Of a stretch of DNA of 64,000 bases, positions 54,706-62,728 are shown one piece after another. The DNA comes from a virus (Duplodnaviria; Heunggongvirae; Uroviricota; Caudoviricetes). Under the pieces are notes generated by a model that was given only the letters and a program-made list of their open reading frames with translations, was not told the origin of the DNA and made no database searches. The stretch is taken from positions 77,169 to 141,168 of IMG/VR virus record IMGVR_UViG_3300037423_001636; one strand, written 5' to 3'. Positions within the stretch are counted from its first letter, which is position 1. Every line of letters begins with the position of its first letter. A program made the translations under genes and the position numbers.

Positions 54706-56186
54706 GAATCGCGGTGATGTCTCTCTATCACGAGAACTATCAACCTCTCGCTGATATTGTGCTGCCCAACTGGACCGCCTACTGTAAGAGACATGGATAC
54801 GACCTTAAAGTCTTTCGCGGCAAATATGGGGCTGGTGGTATCGGTTACCAGAAAATGCGATTTCTCTACGACGAGATGTTTGTTAAAGGAACCGTAGACT
54901 TGGCTTGGGTCGTCGATCTGGACGTGCTTATCACAAATCATACCAGACGTATTGAAGAGTTTGTGAATAAGCGGGACTCCTACTATCTTACTCTTGAACC
55001 TTGGAGCCGAATCAACCATGGCAGTTTTATCGTGGTGAAATCGGAATGGTCGAAAGGAGTCGTCGAGACTGTCCTGTCCTGTATCGATCGGTGGGGCGAT
55101 GAACAGACGGTTCTTAATAAGGAATATTTCGAGACGGCGAAGTGTGAGGAGAATCGCATCGCTTTTCTCCCGCACCCCTCGATAAACAGTTTCATGTGCA
55201 AGCTCTATCTCAACCCAGCTCTCCACGATAATCTGCCAGCAGCCGAGTGGGCACCGGGACACTTTGCATTGCATTTGATGGGCATTTCCCAAGAACAGCG
55301 CATTAGAATCTTCACTTCTCGATTCATACAGGATAGCATCGTGTATACTGATTCTCAGGCTGCCACCAAAGACGTTAGAGTGGGTGTTTTTACAGTTTAT
55401 CTCCCCAACTACCAGTCTTTGGCCGATATCACCTTGCCGAACTGGAGAGAATACTGCGACAAGCATGGATACAAGCTATTTGCTCATTGTAGCGATAGAA
55501 CGGATGAAGTTGTCGGCTTTCAAAAAATCCGGTATCTTTACTATCTAATGTTCGAGACCAACCAGATCGATTTGGCGCTGGGGGTAGACCTTGACATCCT
55601 CTTCACCAACCTCGCGTTCAAGGTGGAGGATTTTACCGACGAGGATCATACCTACTATCTGACGGTGGATTGGGATGGTATCAATCATGGCAGCTTCATC
55701 GTGAAGAAGTCCGACAAATCAAAGAAGATTCTTGAGCATATCCTAAAGCTGTCCAAATACTATCCGAACGAACAGGACGTGCTTAAACGCAATATCCACA
55801 AGCTCAATTCCGAGCTGTTCGACAACACGATCAAGCTCTTGAATCAGCCTAGCGTCAACAGCTTTCTTTGCGACCGCTATCCAGAACACTACATTCTGCC
55901 TCGCTCGCATCCGCACAACTGGGAGCGTGGCCATTTTATCCTCCACTGTTTGGGGCAGACCTTGGATGATAGGGTGAAAAACTTGCGCGAGAAACTTGGA
56001 GAGGTTGTGTGTGACGATAAATATCGACGCCAATTCATAAAACGCCTGCGTGAGATGCCGCCGCCAAGCGCTGTTGGCGCGAACGGCCATGCCGCGCAAC
56101 AACTTCCGACTTGTCCGATGACTAGAGATAGAATTATCAAGTGGCAGAATCACGCGTTTAGCGAGAGAATGGCTAAGACCTTATGA
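54702..56186 (+). CDS. tandem double GT34-like glycosyltransferase
   Basis: Two copies of NYQ.LADI.LPNW..YC..HGY, VDLD, INHGSFIV.KS, EQ, S.NSF.C and W..GHF.LH. Confidence 0.85.
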   Translation: MRIAVMSLYHENYQPLADIVLPNWTAYCKRHGYDLKVFRGKYGAGGIGYQKMRFLYDEMFVKGTVDLAWVVDLDVLITNHTRRIEEFVNKRDSYYLTLEPWSRINHGSFIVVKSEWSKGVVETVLSCIDRWGDEQTVLNKEYFETAKCEENRIAFLPHPSINSFMCKLYLNPALHDNLPAAEWAPGHFALHLMGISQEQRIRIFTSRFIQDSIVYTDSQAATKDVRVGVFTVYLPNYQSLADITLPNWREYCDKHGYKLFAHCSDRTDEVVGFQKIRYLYYLMFETNQIDLALGVDLDILFTNLAFKVEDFTDEDHTYYLTVDWDGINHGSFIVKKSDKSKKILEHILKLSKYYPNEQDVLKRNIHKLNSELFDNTIKLLNQPSVNSFLCDRYPEHYILPRSHPHNWERGHFILHCLGQTLDDRVKNLREKLGEVVCDDKYRRQFIKRLREMPPPSAVGANGHAAQQLPTCPMTRDRIIKWQNHAFSERMAKTL

Positions 56187-56932
56187 AAATTGGAATCATC
56201 TACTGCGGCTATAACGCCGAGGACTATCTGCCCGGCTCTCTATCCCCATGGATCAAAGCCCGTAAGTCCCAGCTGGGCGGCCACGACTGGATAATCTGCG
56301 CTGTCGCAGTTCCATTCGAGAATTTTGTAGCAACCACGCCCGACCACACTATTGCAATCCTTCGAATCCGGCTGGCATTGGCCGAGATCGACCATCTGAT
56401 TACAAGCGCCGCCCCTCTCAAAGAGACGGTCGCCCGCACGCAAGCGTTGCAATGGCTGGCGGGGCAGAAAGTGGACGTATATTGGATGGTCGATTCAGAC
56501 GAGTTCTACACGACAGATGAGATTGAACGCATCGCCACCTTCGTGACCGAACGTCCTCTTGTGGCATGGTATCGTTTATGCCTTCGCAATTACGTCTTTG
56601 ATGAGCGCACCTATCTAGTCGAACCGTTCACTCCGCCGCGCATCTACCGGGCAGAATATGCGTTCCGCAACGCCGTCGAGTTTTACGACGACAACAACAT
56701 AGCCTATAATACTGTAGACGGAGCATTGGTGCGGGACAATTTGTTTCCCAGTGCGACGGTACCCAAAGCGGTGGGATGGATAGCGCACAAATCGTGGCTG
56801 AACAATTCCAGAAGCAGGGATAAGGTTCGATATCAGGAAGCCAGATCTTGGCGGTGTACATTCGCTTGGGACGAGTCCCGCGGGGGTCTAGTCTGGCGCG
56901 ATACTCCACAGGAGACGGCGCGAGATAGTTAG
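56183..56932 (+). CDS. GT2/GT-A-like glycosyltransferase
   Basis: ETVARTQAL, YWMVDSDEFY, PPRIYR, IAH.SW. Confidence 0.75.
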   Translation: MKIGIIYCGYNAEDYLPGSLSPWIKARKSQLGGHDWIICAVAVPFENFVATTPDHTIAILRIRLALAEIDHLITSAAPLKETVARTQALQWLAGQKVDVYWMVDSDEFYTTDEIERIATFVTERPLVAWYRLCLRNYVFDERTYLVEPFTPPRIYRAEYAFRNAVEFYDDNNIAYNTVDGALVRDNLFPSATVPKAVGWIAHKSWLNNSRSRDKVRYQEARSWRCTFAWDESRGGLVWRDTPQETARDS

Positions 56933-57024
56933 CCAAGAAAATTGACTTGCCTACACTAACAGTCTGCCGAGTTTAAGAAAAGGTGGAGAAGACGAGAGAT
57001 TTTACGCATCGTCTAATCGACGCA

Positions 57025-57033
57025 GTGTAAATC
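57025..57033 (+). promoter_or_regulatory. GTGTAA motif before nrdB
   Basis: GTGTAAATC in the intergenic gap. Confidence 0.5.
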
Positions 57034-57063
57034 TCTATTACTCCCTCAACCAGACTCTATCTC

Positions 57064-58053
57064 ATGATCTTTGACGAACAAATCTCACGCAAGCCAGACA
57101 ACTATCCTTGGACTCAAGGGTTTATAGACGCCATGTGGCAAGGGCACTGGACCCCCAACGAATTCAATTTTCAATCCGACATTCAAGACTTTAAGACCGA
57201 TCTTACAGAACAAGAGCGCACGATTATCACCCGCGCTCTTTCCGCTATTGGTCAGATCGAAATCGCAGTAAAGCGGTTTTGGAGCCGACTTGGCGACAAT
57301 CTGCCGCAGCCATCGCTTGTCGATCTGGGATTGGTAATGGCTGGGGTGGAAGTAATTCACAACAAAGCATATGAGAAGCTTCTTGACACGCTACAGATGC
57401 AAGATGTGTTTGAGGAAAATCTAAAGCTAGATATTATCAAGGGGCGCGTTCAGTATCTGAGAAAATACCTTAGTCGGGCCTACGAGAATGACCGTAAGCA
57501 GTATGTATATGCTCTGATTTTATTCACGTTGTTCGTGGAGAATGTTTCGCTCTTCAGCCAGTTCTACATTATCCTTTGGTTCCGTCGCAATCGGAACGTC
57601 CTGAAAGATACGGCGCAACAGGTCGATTACACGAAAAACGAGGAGACTTTACACGCACAAGCTGGAATCAAAATCGTTCAGACGATTCGAGAGGAGCACC
57701 CGGAGCTGTTTGATGCAGATCTAGAGGCTCGCATTCAGAGTGAATCCATTTCCGCGTTTGAGGCTGAGTCCAAGATTATTGACTGGATGATTGGTATGTA
57801 CGAGAGCGACGGTCTCAACGCAAACGTGTTGAAGGAATATGTAAAGCATCGGATTAACGATTCTCTGATCCAAATCGGATTCGCGGCACCGTTTACGCTA
57901 GACAACGCCCTACTCGCGCAAACCGATTGGATGGACGAGAAGGTATTGGGCAACAGCGCGACGGATTTTTTTCATCAGCGACCTGTTGAATATAGCAAGG
58001 GCCACGCCTCGTTTGACGAGGATTCGCTGTTTGGTGCCCCAGCGCTCGCCTAA
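57064..58053 (+). CDS. nrdB: ribonucleotide reductase class Ia beta subunit
   Basis: QIE, EVIHNKAY (radical Tyr), ENVSLFSQF, EETLH di-iron ligands. Confidence 0.95.
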   Translation: MIFDEQISRKPDNYPWTQGFIDAMWQGHWTPNEFNFQSDIQDFKTDLTEQERTIITRALSAIGQIEIAVKRFWSRLGDNLPQPSLVDLGLVMAGVEVIHNKAYEKLLDTLQMQDVFEENLKLDIIKGRVQYLRKYLSRAYENDRKQYVYALILFTLFVENVSLFSQFYIILWFRRNRNVLKDTAQQVDYTKNEETLHAQAGIKIVQTIREEHPELFDADLEARIQSESISAFEAESKIIDWMIGMYESDGLNANVLKEYVKHRINDSLIQIGFAAPFTLDNALLAQTDWMDEKVLGNSATDFFHQRPVEYSKGHASFDEDSLFGAPALA

Positions 58054-58069
58054 TTAGACTCCAATTCTC

Positions 58070-59722
58070 ATGACCAATTCATCCATTTCTTGGCTGAACA
58101 AGGACTCTCGTACGTTTCTTGAACGAGGCTACCTTCAGCCGGGCCAGACTCCTGAACAACGCATCCGCCAGATTGCCGAAGCCGCAGAGAATATTCTTTC
58201 TATAGCAGGATTTGCTGATAAGCTGGAAACGTATATCCACAAAGGTTGGTTCAGTCTTAGCTCGCCTGTGTGGTCAAATTTTGGTGCTGGCCGCGGGCTT
58301 CCTATTAGCTGTAACGGATCTTTCATAGATGACGACACGGCGGCCATCGCTAGAACGCATGCTGAAATCATTATGATGACAAAGCATGGCGCGGGCACGT
58401 CTGCCTATTTTGGAGCCGTCCGCCCACGAGGGTCGCCGATCAAAAATAACGGCAAGACTGGAGGTCCAGTCTCTTTTATGCCGATGTTCGACACGCTGAT
58501 AACGTCCATCAGTCAGGGCGGTGTGCGTCGTGGCTCCATGGCGGTATATCTCCCCGTTGATCATCCAGACATCGAAGAATTTTTGGGTCTTCGTGAAGAA
58601 GGGCACCCTATTCAACAGCTTTCTCTTGGCGTCTGCATCAAGGACGCATGGATGCAGGCAATGGTGGATGGCGACAAGGACAAGCGCAAGATTTGGTCGA
58701 AGATTATCAAGAAGCGTGTGCAATCCGGTTATCCCTACTTGTTTTTTCACGACGCCGCCAATCGAGGGGCACCGCAAGTCTACAAAGACAAGGGCATGAC
58801 CATTTGGAGTTCCAATCTTTGCGCCGAGATTTCTCTTTCCAGCTCGGCGACCGAATCGTTTGTATGCAATCTCTCGTCGATGAATCTATTCCACTGGAAC
58901 GCGTGGAAGGACACGGATGCTGTAGAGACGATGACATTTTTTCTCGATGCTGTAATGTCGGACTATATCGAGAAAACGCGAAACATTCCATTTATGGAGG
59001 CGGCCAATACGTTTGCCGTCAACCAGCGGGCGCTCGGCGTCGGCGTCCTTGGCTGGCATTCCTACCTCCAGTCGCAGTTGATTCCATTCGAGTCTATGGA
59101 AGCAAAGCTGCTCAATACGCAGATCTTTCGGTTGATTCGTGACAAGACCCATGCGGCGAGTCGCGAACTGGCGACGCGCTATGGCGAGCCCCCTCTACTC
59201 AAGGGCTATGGGATGAGGAACGTAACCACAATGGCAGTCGCACCAACTACGTCATCCTCATTTATTCTCGGCCAAGTCTCCATGGGCATTGAGCCCATAA
59301 AAGACAACCATCACGTCAAGTCGCTCGCAAAAGGGGAGTTCAGTTATAAGAACCCGGAGCTGGAGAAGCTTTTGGAATCGAAGGGGAAAAACACTCGTGA
59401 AGTCTGGCACAGTATTCTTATCAAGGGCGGATCGGTGCAGCATCTAGAATTCCTGAGCGACCACGAGAGAGATGTTTTTAAGACATTTGGAGAAATCAGC
59501 CAGAAGGAGATTGTAATTCAAGCGGCGGCACGGCAGAAATATATCGATCAAGGACAATCGTTGAATCTACTTATCCCTCCGGATGTAGCGCCCAAACAGG
59601 TGAGCGACCTGCATATAGAGGCGTGGCGCATGGGATTAAAGAGCGTATATTATCTTCGCGGAGCTAATCCAAGCCAACTACTTGCCAGATCGCTACTTGA
59701 ATGTAAATCGTGTGAGGCGTAA
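58070..59722 (+). CDS. nrdA: ribonucleotide reductase class Ia alpha subunit, no ATP cone
   Basis: PISC, SNLCAEI, VCNLSS, VAPTTSSS, YYLR, C-terminal CKSC. Confidence 0.95.
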   Translation: MTNSSISWLNKDSRTFLERGYLQPGQTPEQRIRQIAEAAENILSIAGFADKLETYIHKGWFSLSSPVWSNFGAGRGLPISCNGSFIDDDTAAIARTHAEIIMMTKHGAGTSAYFGAVRPRGSPIKNNGKTGGPVSFMPMFDTLITSISQGGVRRGSMAVYLPVDHPDIEEFLGLREEGHPIQQLSLGVCIKDAWMQAMVDGDKDKRKIWSKIIKKRVQSGYPYLFFHDAANRGAPQVYKDKGMTIWSSNLCAEISLSSSATESFVCNLSSMNLFHWNAWKDTDAVETMTFFLDAVMSDYIEKTRNIPFMEAANTFAVNQRALGVGVLGWHSYLQSQLIPFESMEAKLLNTQIFRLIRDKTHAASRELATRYGEPPLLKGYGMRNVTTMAVAPTTSSSFILGQVSMGIEPIKDNHHVKSLAKGEFSYKNPELEKLLESKGKNTREVWHSILIKGGSVQHLEFLSDHERDVFKTFGEISQKEIVIQAAARQKYIDQGQSLNLLIPPDVAPKQVSDLHIEAWRMGLKSVYYLRGANPSQLLARSLLECKSCEA

Positions 59723-59739
59723 AACTCGACACTAATCTC

Positions 59740-59748
59740 GTGTAAATC
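59740..59748 (+). promoter_or_regulatory. GTGTAA motif before membrane protein gene
   Basis: TCTCGTGTAAATC, 17 nt before ATG 59766. Confidence 0.55.
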
Positions 59749-59765
59749 TCTCTATCCTTACTCAC

Positions 59766-60119
59766 ATGACAGACGAGACTAAACCCGAGGACAAAAGCGA
59801 CATCCCGCAAATAGAAATACCTGCTGGCGGCTTTCAAAGTCGCATTCCCACGCACTTGCTGCGCGGCAAGAGTGACGAGGAGCAATTCATCCTTACGGAG
59901 GTTTCCAAGATGGCGGCGTTTATCGAGTGGGCCGCTCCTATCATGTCTGATAGCAATCTTCAAGCCCGTCGTACTAATGGACGTTTGAAAGCTGTTGAGG
60001 CGTGGAAGGCTATGTTTACCTCGTGGTGGGGATTTGTCGGCGCTATCCTGTCCATCGTGGGGGGCATCGCTGGGCTAGTGGCGGTGCTAGACTTTGCGTT
60101 GAAGGCATTGGGAAAATGA
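59766..60119 (+). CDS. membrane protein with C-terminal TM helix (holin-like candidate)
   Basis: RRTNGRLKAVE then a hydrophobic helix WWGFVGAILSIVGGIAGLVAVL. Confidence 0.5.
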   Translation: MTDETKPEDKSDIPQIEIPAGGFQSRIPTHLLRGKSDEEQFILTEVSKMAAFIEWAAPIMSDSNLQARRTNGRLKAVEAWKAMFTSWWGFVGAILSIVGGIAGLVAVLDFALKALGK

Positions 60120-60280
60120 ACTCTCCCGAACAGGAACCCCAAAAGACGGCGGAATCACCGGCCGCGCCCTGCAAGCCACTCCAAGAGCCGGAGCGCAAAC
60201 CGCCGTTTCACGATTTAGAGATCTACAAACACCTCGTTAGCTGCCCGCCATTCGAGCGATTGATGCTGTCATTCCGCTAG
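60116..60280 (+). CDS. hypothetical protein
   Basis: ATGA overlap start, 54 aa. Confidence 0.4.
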   Translation: MNSPEQEPQKTAESPAAPCKPLQEPERKPPFHDLEIYKHLVSCPPFERLMLSFR

Positions 60281-60319
60281 ATTTTCACTTGACACTACCC
60301 ACAGTATACTGACACTGTG

Positions 60320-60865
60320 GTAATGCGAAGGACAGCGCCGGCTAAGCTGGCAATAGAAGATTTTCAATTTCTTGACGATTTGGGTTATACCCTCCCCCAG
60401 CTGATTTTGGCCTATCGGCCGTCAGATAGCTCGTTCAAGGACAATGGTACATTCCAGCCGCCCGCCTTCAAACCCGGTAGAGAGTGGTTGAATATAGCTC
60501 ATTCGACTAGCGCTGGTCAGCGATTCGTTCTAGGCACAATTCTCACGCCACGCAATCGCACTATTGGATCGGCGACGCAGGTGCTGGACCAGAAATGGAG
60601 TGCGCGTCAATTATCCACACTAGACGAGTTAGCGCAATATCGTAAGGATATTGCCAGTCTATTTGGCGTTGACTGCAACCGCTCCCATCGAGAGCTGGCG
60701 GCTGGCTACTATCCTATCGACGTGGGCTATTTATCGTTCGTGGCGGCGGATACTTTCCCAGCTTCCTTGGACGATCTCGCGGAATGGAAATCGGGCGCGG
60801 AACGCGCAGCGTCCGGTGGGCGCTGGTCGCTAGCCATTTTGGGGGAGGTTCGTCATGAGGATTGA
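60320..60865 (+). CDS. hypothetical protein
   Basis: GTG 60317 or ATG 60323 also possible; coupled to the next gene. Confidence 0.55.
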   Translation, partial: VMRRTAPAKLAIEDFQFLDDLGYTLPQLILAYRPSDSSFKDNGTFQPPAFKPGREWLNIAHSTSAGQRFVLGTILTPRNRTIGSATQVLDQKWSARQLSTLDELAQYRKDIASLFGVDCNRSHRELAAGYYPIDVGYLSFVAADTFPASLDDLAEWKSGAERAASGGRWSLAILGEVRHED

Positions 60866-61139
60866 TGTTCTCGAAATGAGATTCTCGTATGATGAGATGA
60901 CTGCCTATTTGCGTGCTTGGGGATATAGAATTGGTGAGAAGAAGATTACATTATCCCGCCCAATCCATCACAATGATGTGGAGTTTTACGATGTAAATGC
61001 AGACATTGTTCTCGTAAAAGGAGTGGACGGATGGTCTGAGGTCACTACGAGTGATTTTATCCTCAGAAATAATGGCGCGGTAAAAGATGTATTTAACCGA
61101 GAGCTTAAACAGAGGCTTTTCAGGAGTTTGACGACATGA
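60855..61139 (+). CDS. hypothetical protein
   Basis: GGAGG SD; ATGA overlap with gmd. Confidence 0.6.
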   Translation: MRIDVLEMRFSYDEMTAYLRAWGYRIGEKKITLSRPIHHNDVEFYDVNADIVLVKGVDGWSEVTTSDFILRNNGAVKDVFNRELKQRLFRSLTT

Positions 61140-62164
61140 GCAAGATCGCAATCGTGACAGGTATAACGGGTATGGACTGTGAGGCACTTGCCTCCATTCT
61201 ACTCTCCAAAGGTTATATTGTCGTTGGAACTTATCGCAAAACAGCCGGGCTCAATCTGGACGATATACGCGTCGAGCATGGTCAGAATCCGCGGCTCCAT
61301 TTGGAGCACTGTGACATCTCCGACGAGCAGTCGATCAGGACCCTCCTCCTAACGGTACTAGGACGATTTGGACGATTGGACGAACTATATCTGTTAGCCG
61401 CACAATCGCATGTCGGATTGTCATTTACGTCTGCTCGCAGTACCGTTCTCACAGATGGTATGGCCGTGTTCGATTTTCTCGAAGGTATTAAAGAGCTGTC
61501 TCCAAAGACGCGTACCTACTTTGCCGCCACAAGCGAGCTACTCGGCGGGCAGTTGGGAGATGCGCCATACGACGAAAACAGTCCTTATATCTGCCGTTCT
61601 CCGTATTCTATTGGGAAGGAACTTGGGACACGCTGGATTCACTACTATCGTCAGCTTGGTCTGTTTGCAACGTACGGAGTGCTTTTCAACCACTCCAACA
61701 CGTCAAGGAATATGTCATTCTTCATTCGTAGAGTGACAAATGGTGCAGCGCGTATTGCCCTTGGAAAGCAGAATGTTCTTGAGCTTGGAAATCTAAACTT
61801 TTATCGCGATGAACATTGGAGCGACTTTGGGTGTGAGATGATGTGGGCCATGCTCCAACAGGAGAAGCCAGAGACATTCGTCATATGCCGTGGAGAGTGC
61901 TTTCATGGAGAACAATTTCTTGACGCGGCATTTGGTCATTTCAACCTACGTTGGCAAGACCACGTGACGCTGGACTCGACGAGGCTTAGGCCGAACGAGG
62001 TTGTCAAGCTTGTGGGAGATCCCACAAGAGCGACGAAGAAGCTTGGCTGGCGGCCAAACCGCATGTCATTTCAAGATCACATTCGTCTTATGTGTGTTCA
62101 CGACTATCTACTGGAGCGCGGTAAGACACCCAAGCGGCCCGACGTGTTTTCTCTGTATCCATGA
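61136..62164 (+). CDS. gmd: GDP-mannose 4,6-dehydratase-like (divergent)
   Basis: IVTGITG.D, LAAQSHV, TSEL, SPYSIGK, LFNH, LELGNL, LRPNEV..LVGDP..A.KKLGW. Confidence 0.88.
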   Translation: MSKIAIVTGITGMDCEALASILLSKGYIVVGTYRKTAGLNLDDIRVEHGQNPRLHLEHCDISDEQSIRTLLLTVLGRFGRLDELYLLAAQSHVGLSFTSARSTVLTDGMAVFDFLEGIKELSPKTRTYFAATSELLGGQLGDAPYDENSPYICRSPYSIGKELGTRWIHYYRQLGLFATYGVLFNHSNTSRNMSFFIRRVTNGAARIALGKQNVLELGNLNFYRDEHWSDFGCEMMWAMLQQEKPETFVICRGECFHGEQFLDAAFGHFNLRWQDHVTLDSTRLRPNEVVKLVGDPTRATKKLGWRPNRMSFQDHIRLMCVHDYLLERGKTPKRPDVFSLYP

Positions 62165-62367
62165 TCCGAGTTAAGCGTTCCAAGTCTGAACTGAAGCGCG
62201 TGGTGCTGGGCGGCTCATTAAATGCCGCGCTGGCCGCCGCCGCGGAGAGCGGCTACGCAGTTAACGTATATACTGTATATACAAAATTAATACCCACTAA
62301 ATCTGAAGGATGTAAGGTTATAAGCGTTCTGGTGTCCGACGCGAACCGCGTAATCCGGGCTATCTGA
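62161..62367 (+). CDS. hypothetical protein
   Basis: 68 aa; ATGA and TGATG coupling at its two ends. Confidence 0.4.
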   Translation: MIRVKRSKSELKRVVLGGSLNAALAAAAESGYAVNVYTVYTKLIPTKSEGCKVISVLVSDANRVIRAI

Positions 62368-62717
62368 TGCTCTCGAATCCTACAAAGCTCTCCATCATCA
62401 AGCGACTCATCAAACCAGAGCGGCTGGCGGAGCCCGGCGCGCTGAAGCGGGAGCTAAGCATCCTCAAACGACTTGCCGCCATGTATGGTGGTACCGAGGA
62501 GTTCTGGCGCTCCTTCAATCCCGGATACAAGGTCAATTGTCTAGGCTGGTTCCTGAAGGGTGGGGCGGCAGACTTGGAGGAGAAGTGGCGCATGTTCCAG
62601 TTCGAACAGCAACAGAAGATTGCTTTTGAATCTGCTAGCAAGATTGAGAAAACGGATGGAATGGATGGTTTAGCGCCGGAGCGGCGGCAGTCTGTATTAG
62701 ACTGGATTGACTCCTAA
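62367..62717 (+). CDS. hypothetical protein
   Basis: 116 aa helical. Confidence 0.55.
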   Translation: MLSNPTKLSIIKRLIKPERLAEPGALKRELSILKRLAAMYGGTEEFWRSFNPGYKVNCLGWFLKGGAADLEEKWRMFQFEQQQKIAFESASKIEKTDGMDGLAPERRQSVLDWIDS

Positions 62718-62728
62718 AGACTTTATTC

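Noticed and set aside
56933-57063. NrdR box or sigma70 promoter upstream of nrdB
   Set aside because: ACACTAACAGTCTG matches the NrdR palindrome poorly, and TTGACT has no correctly spaced -10.
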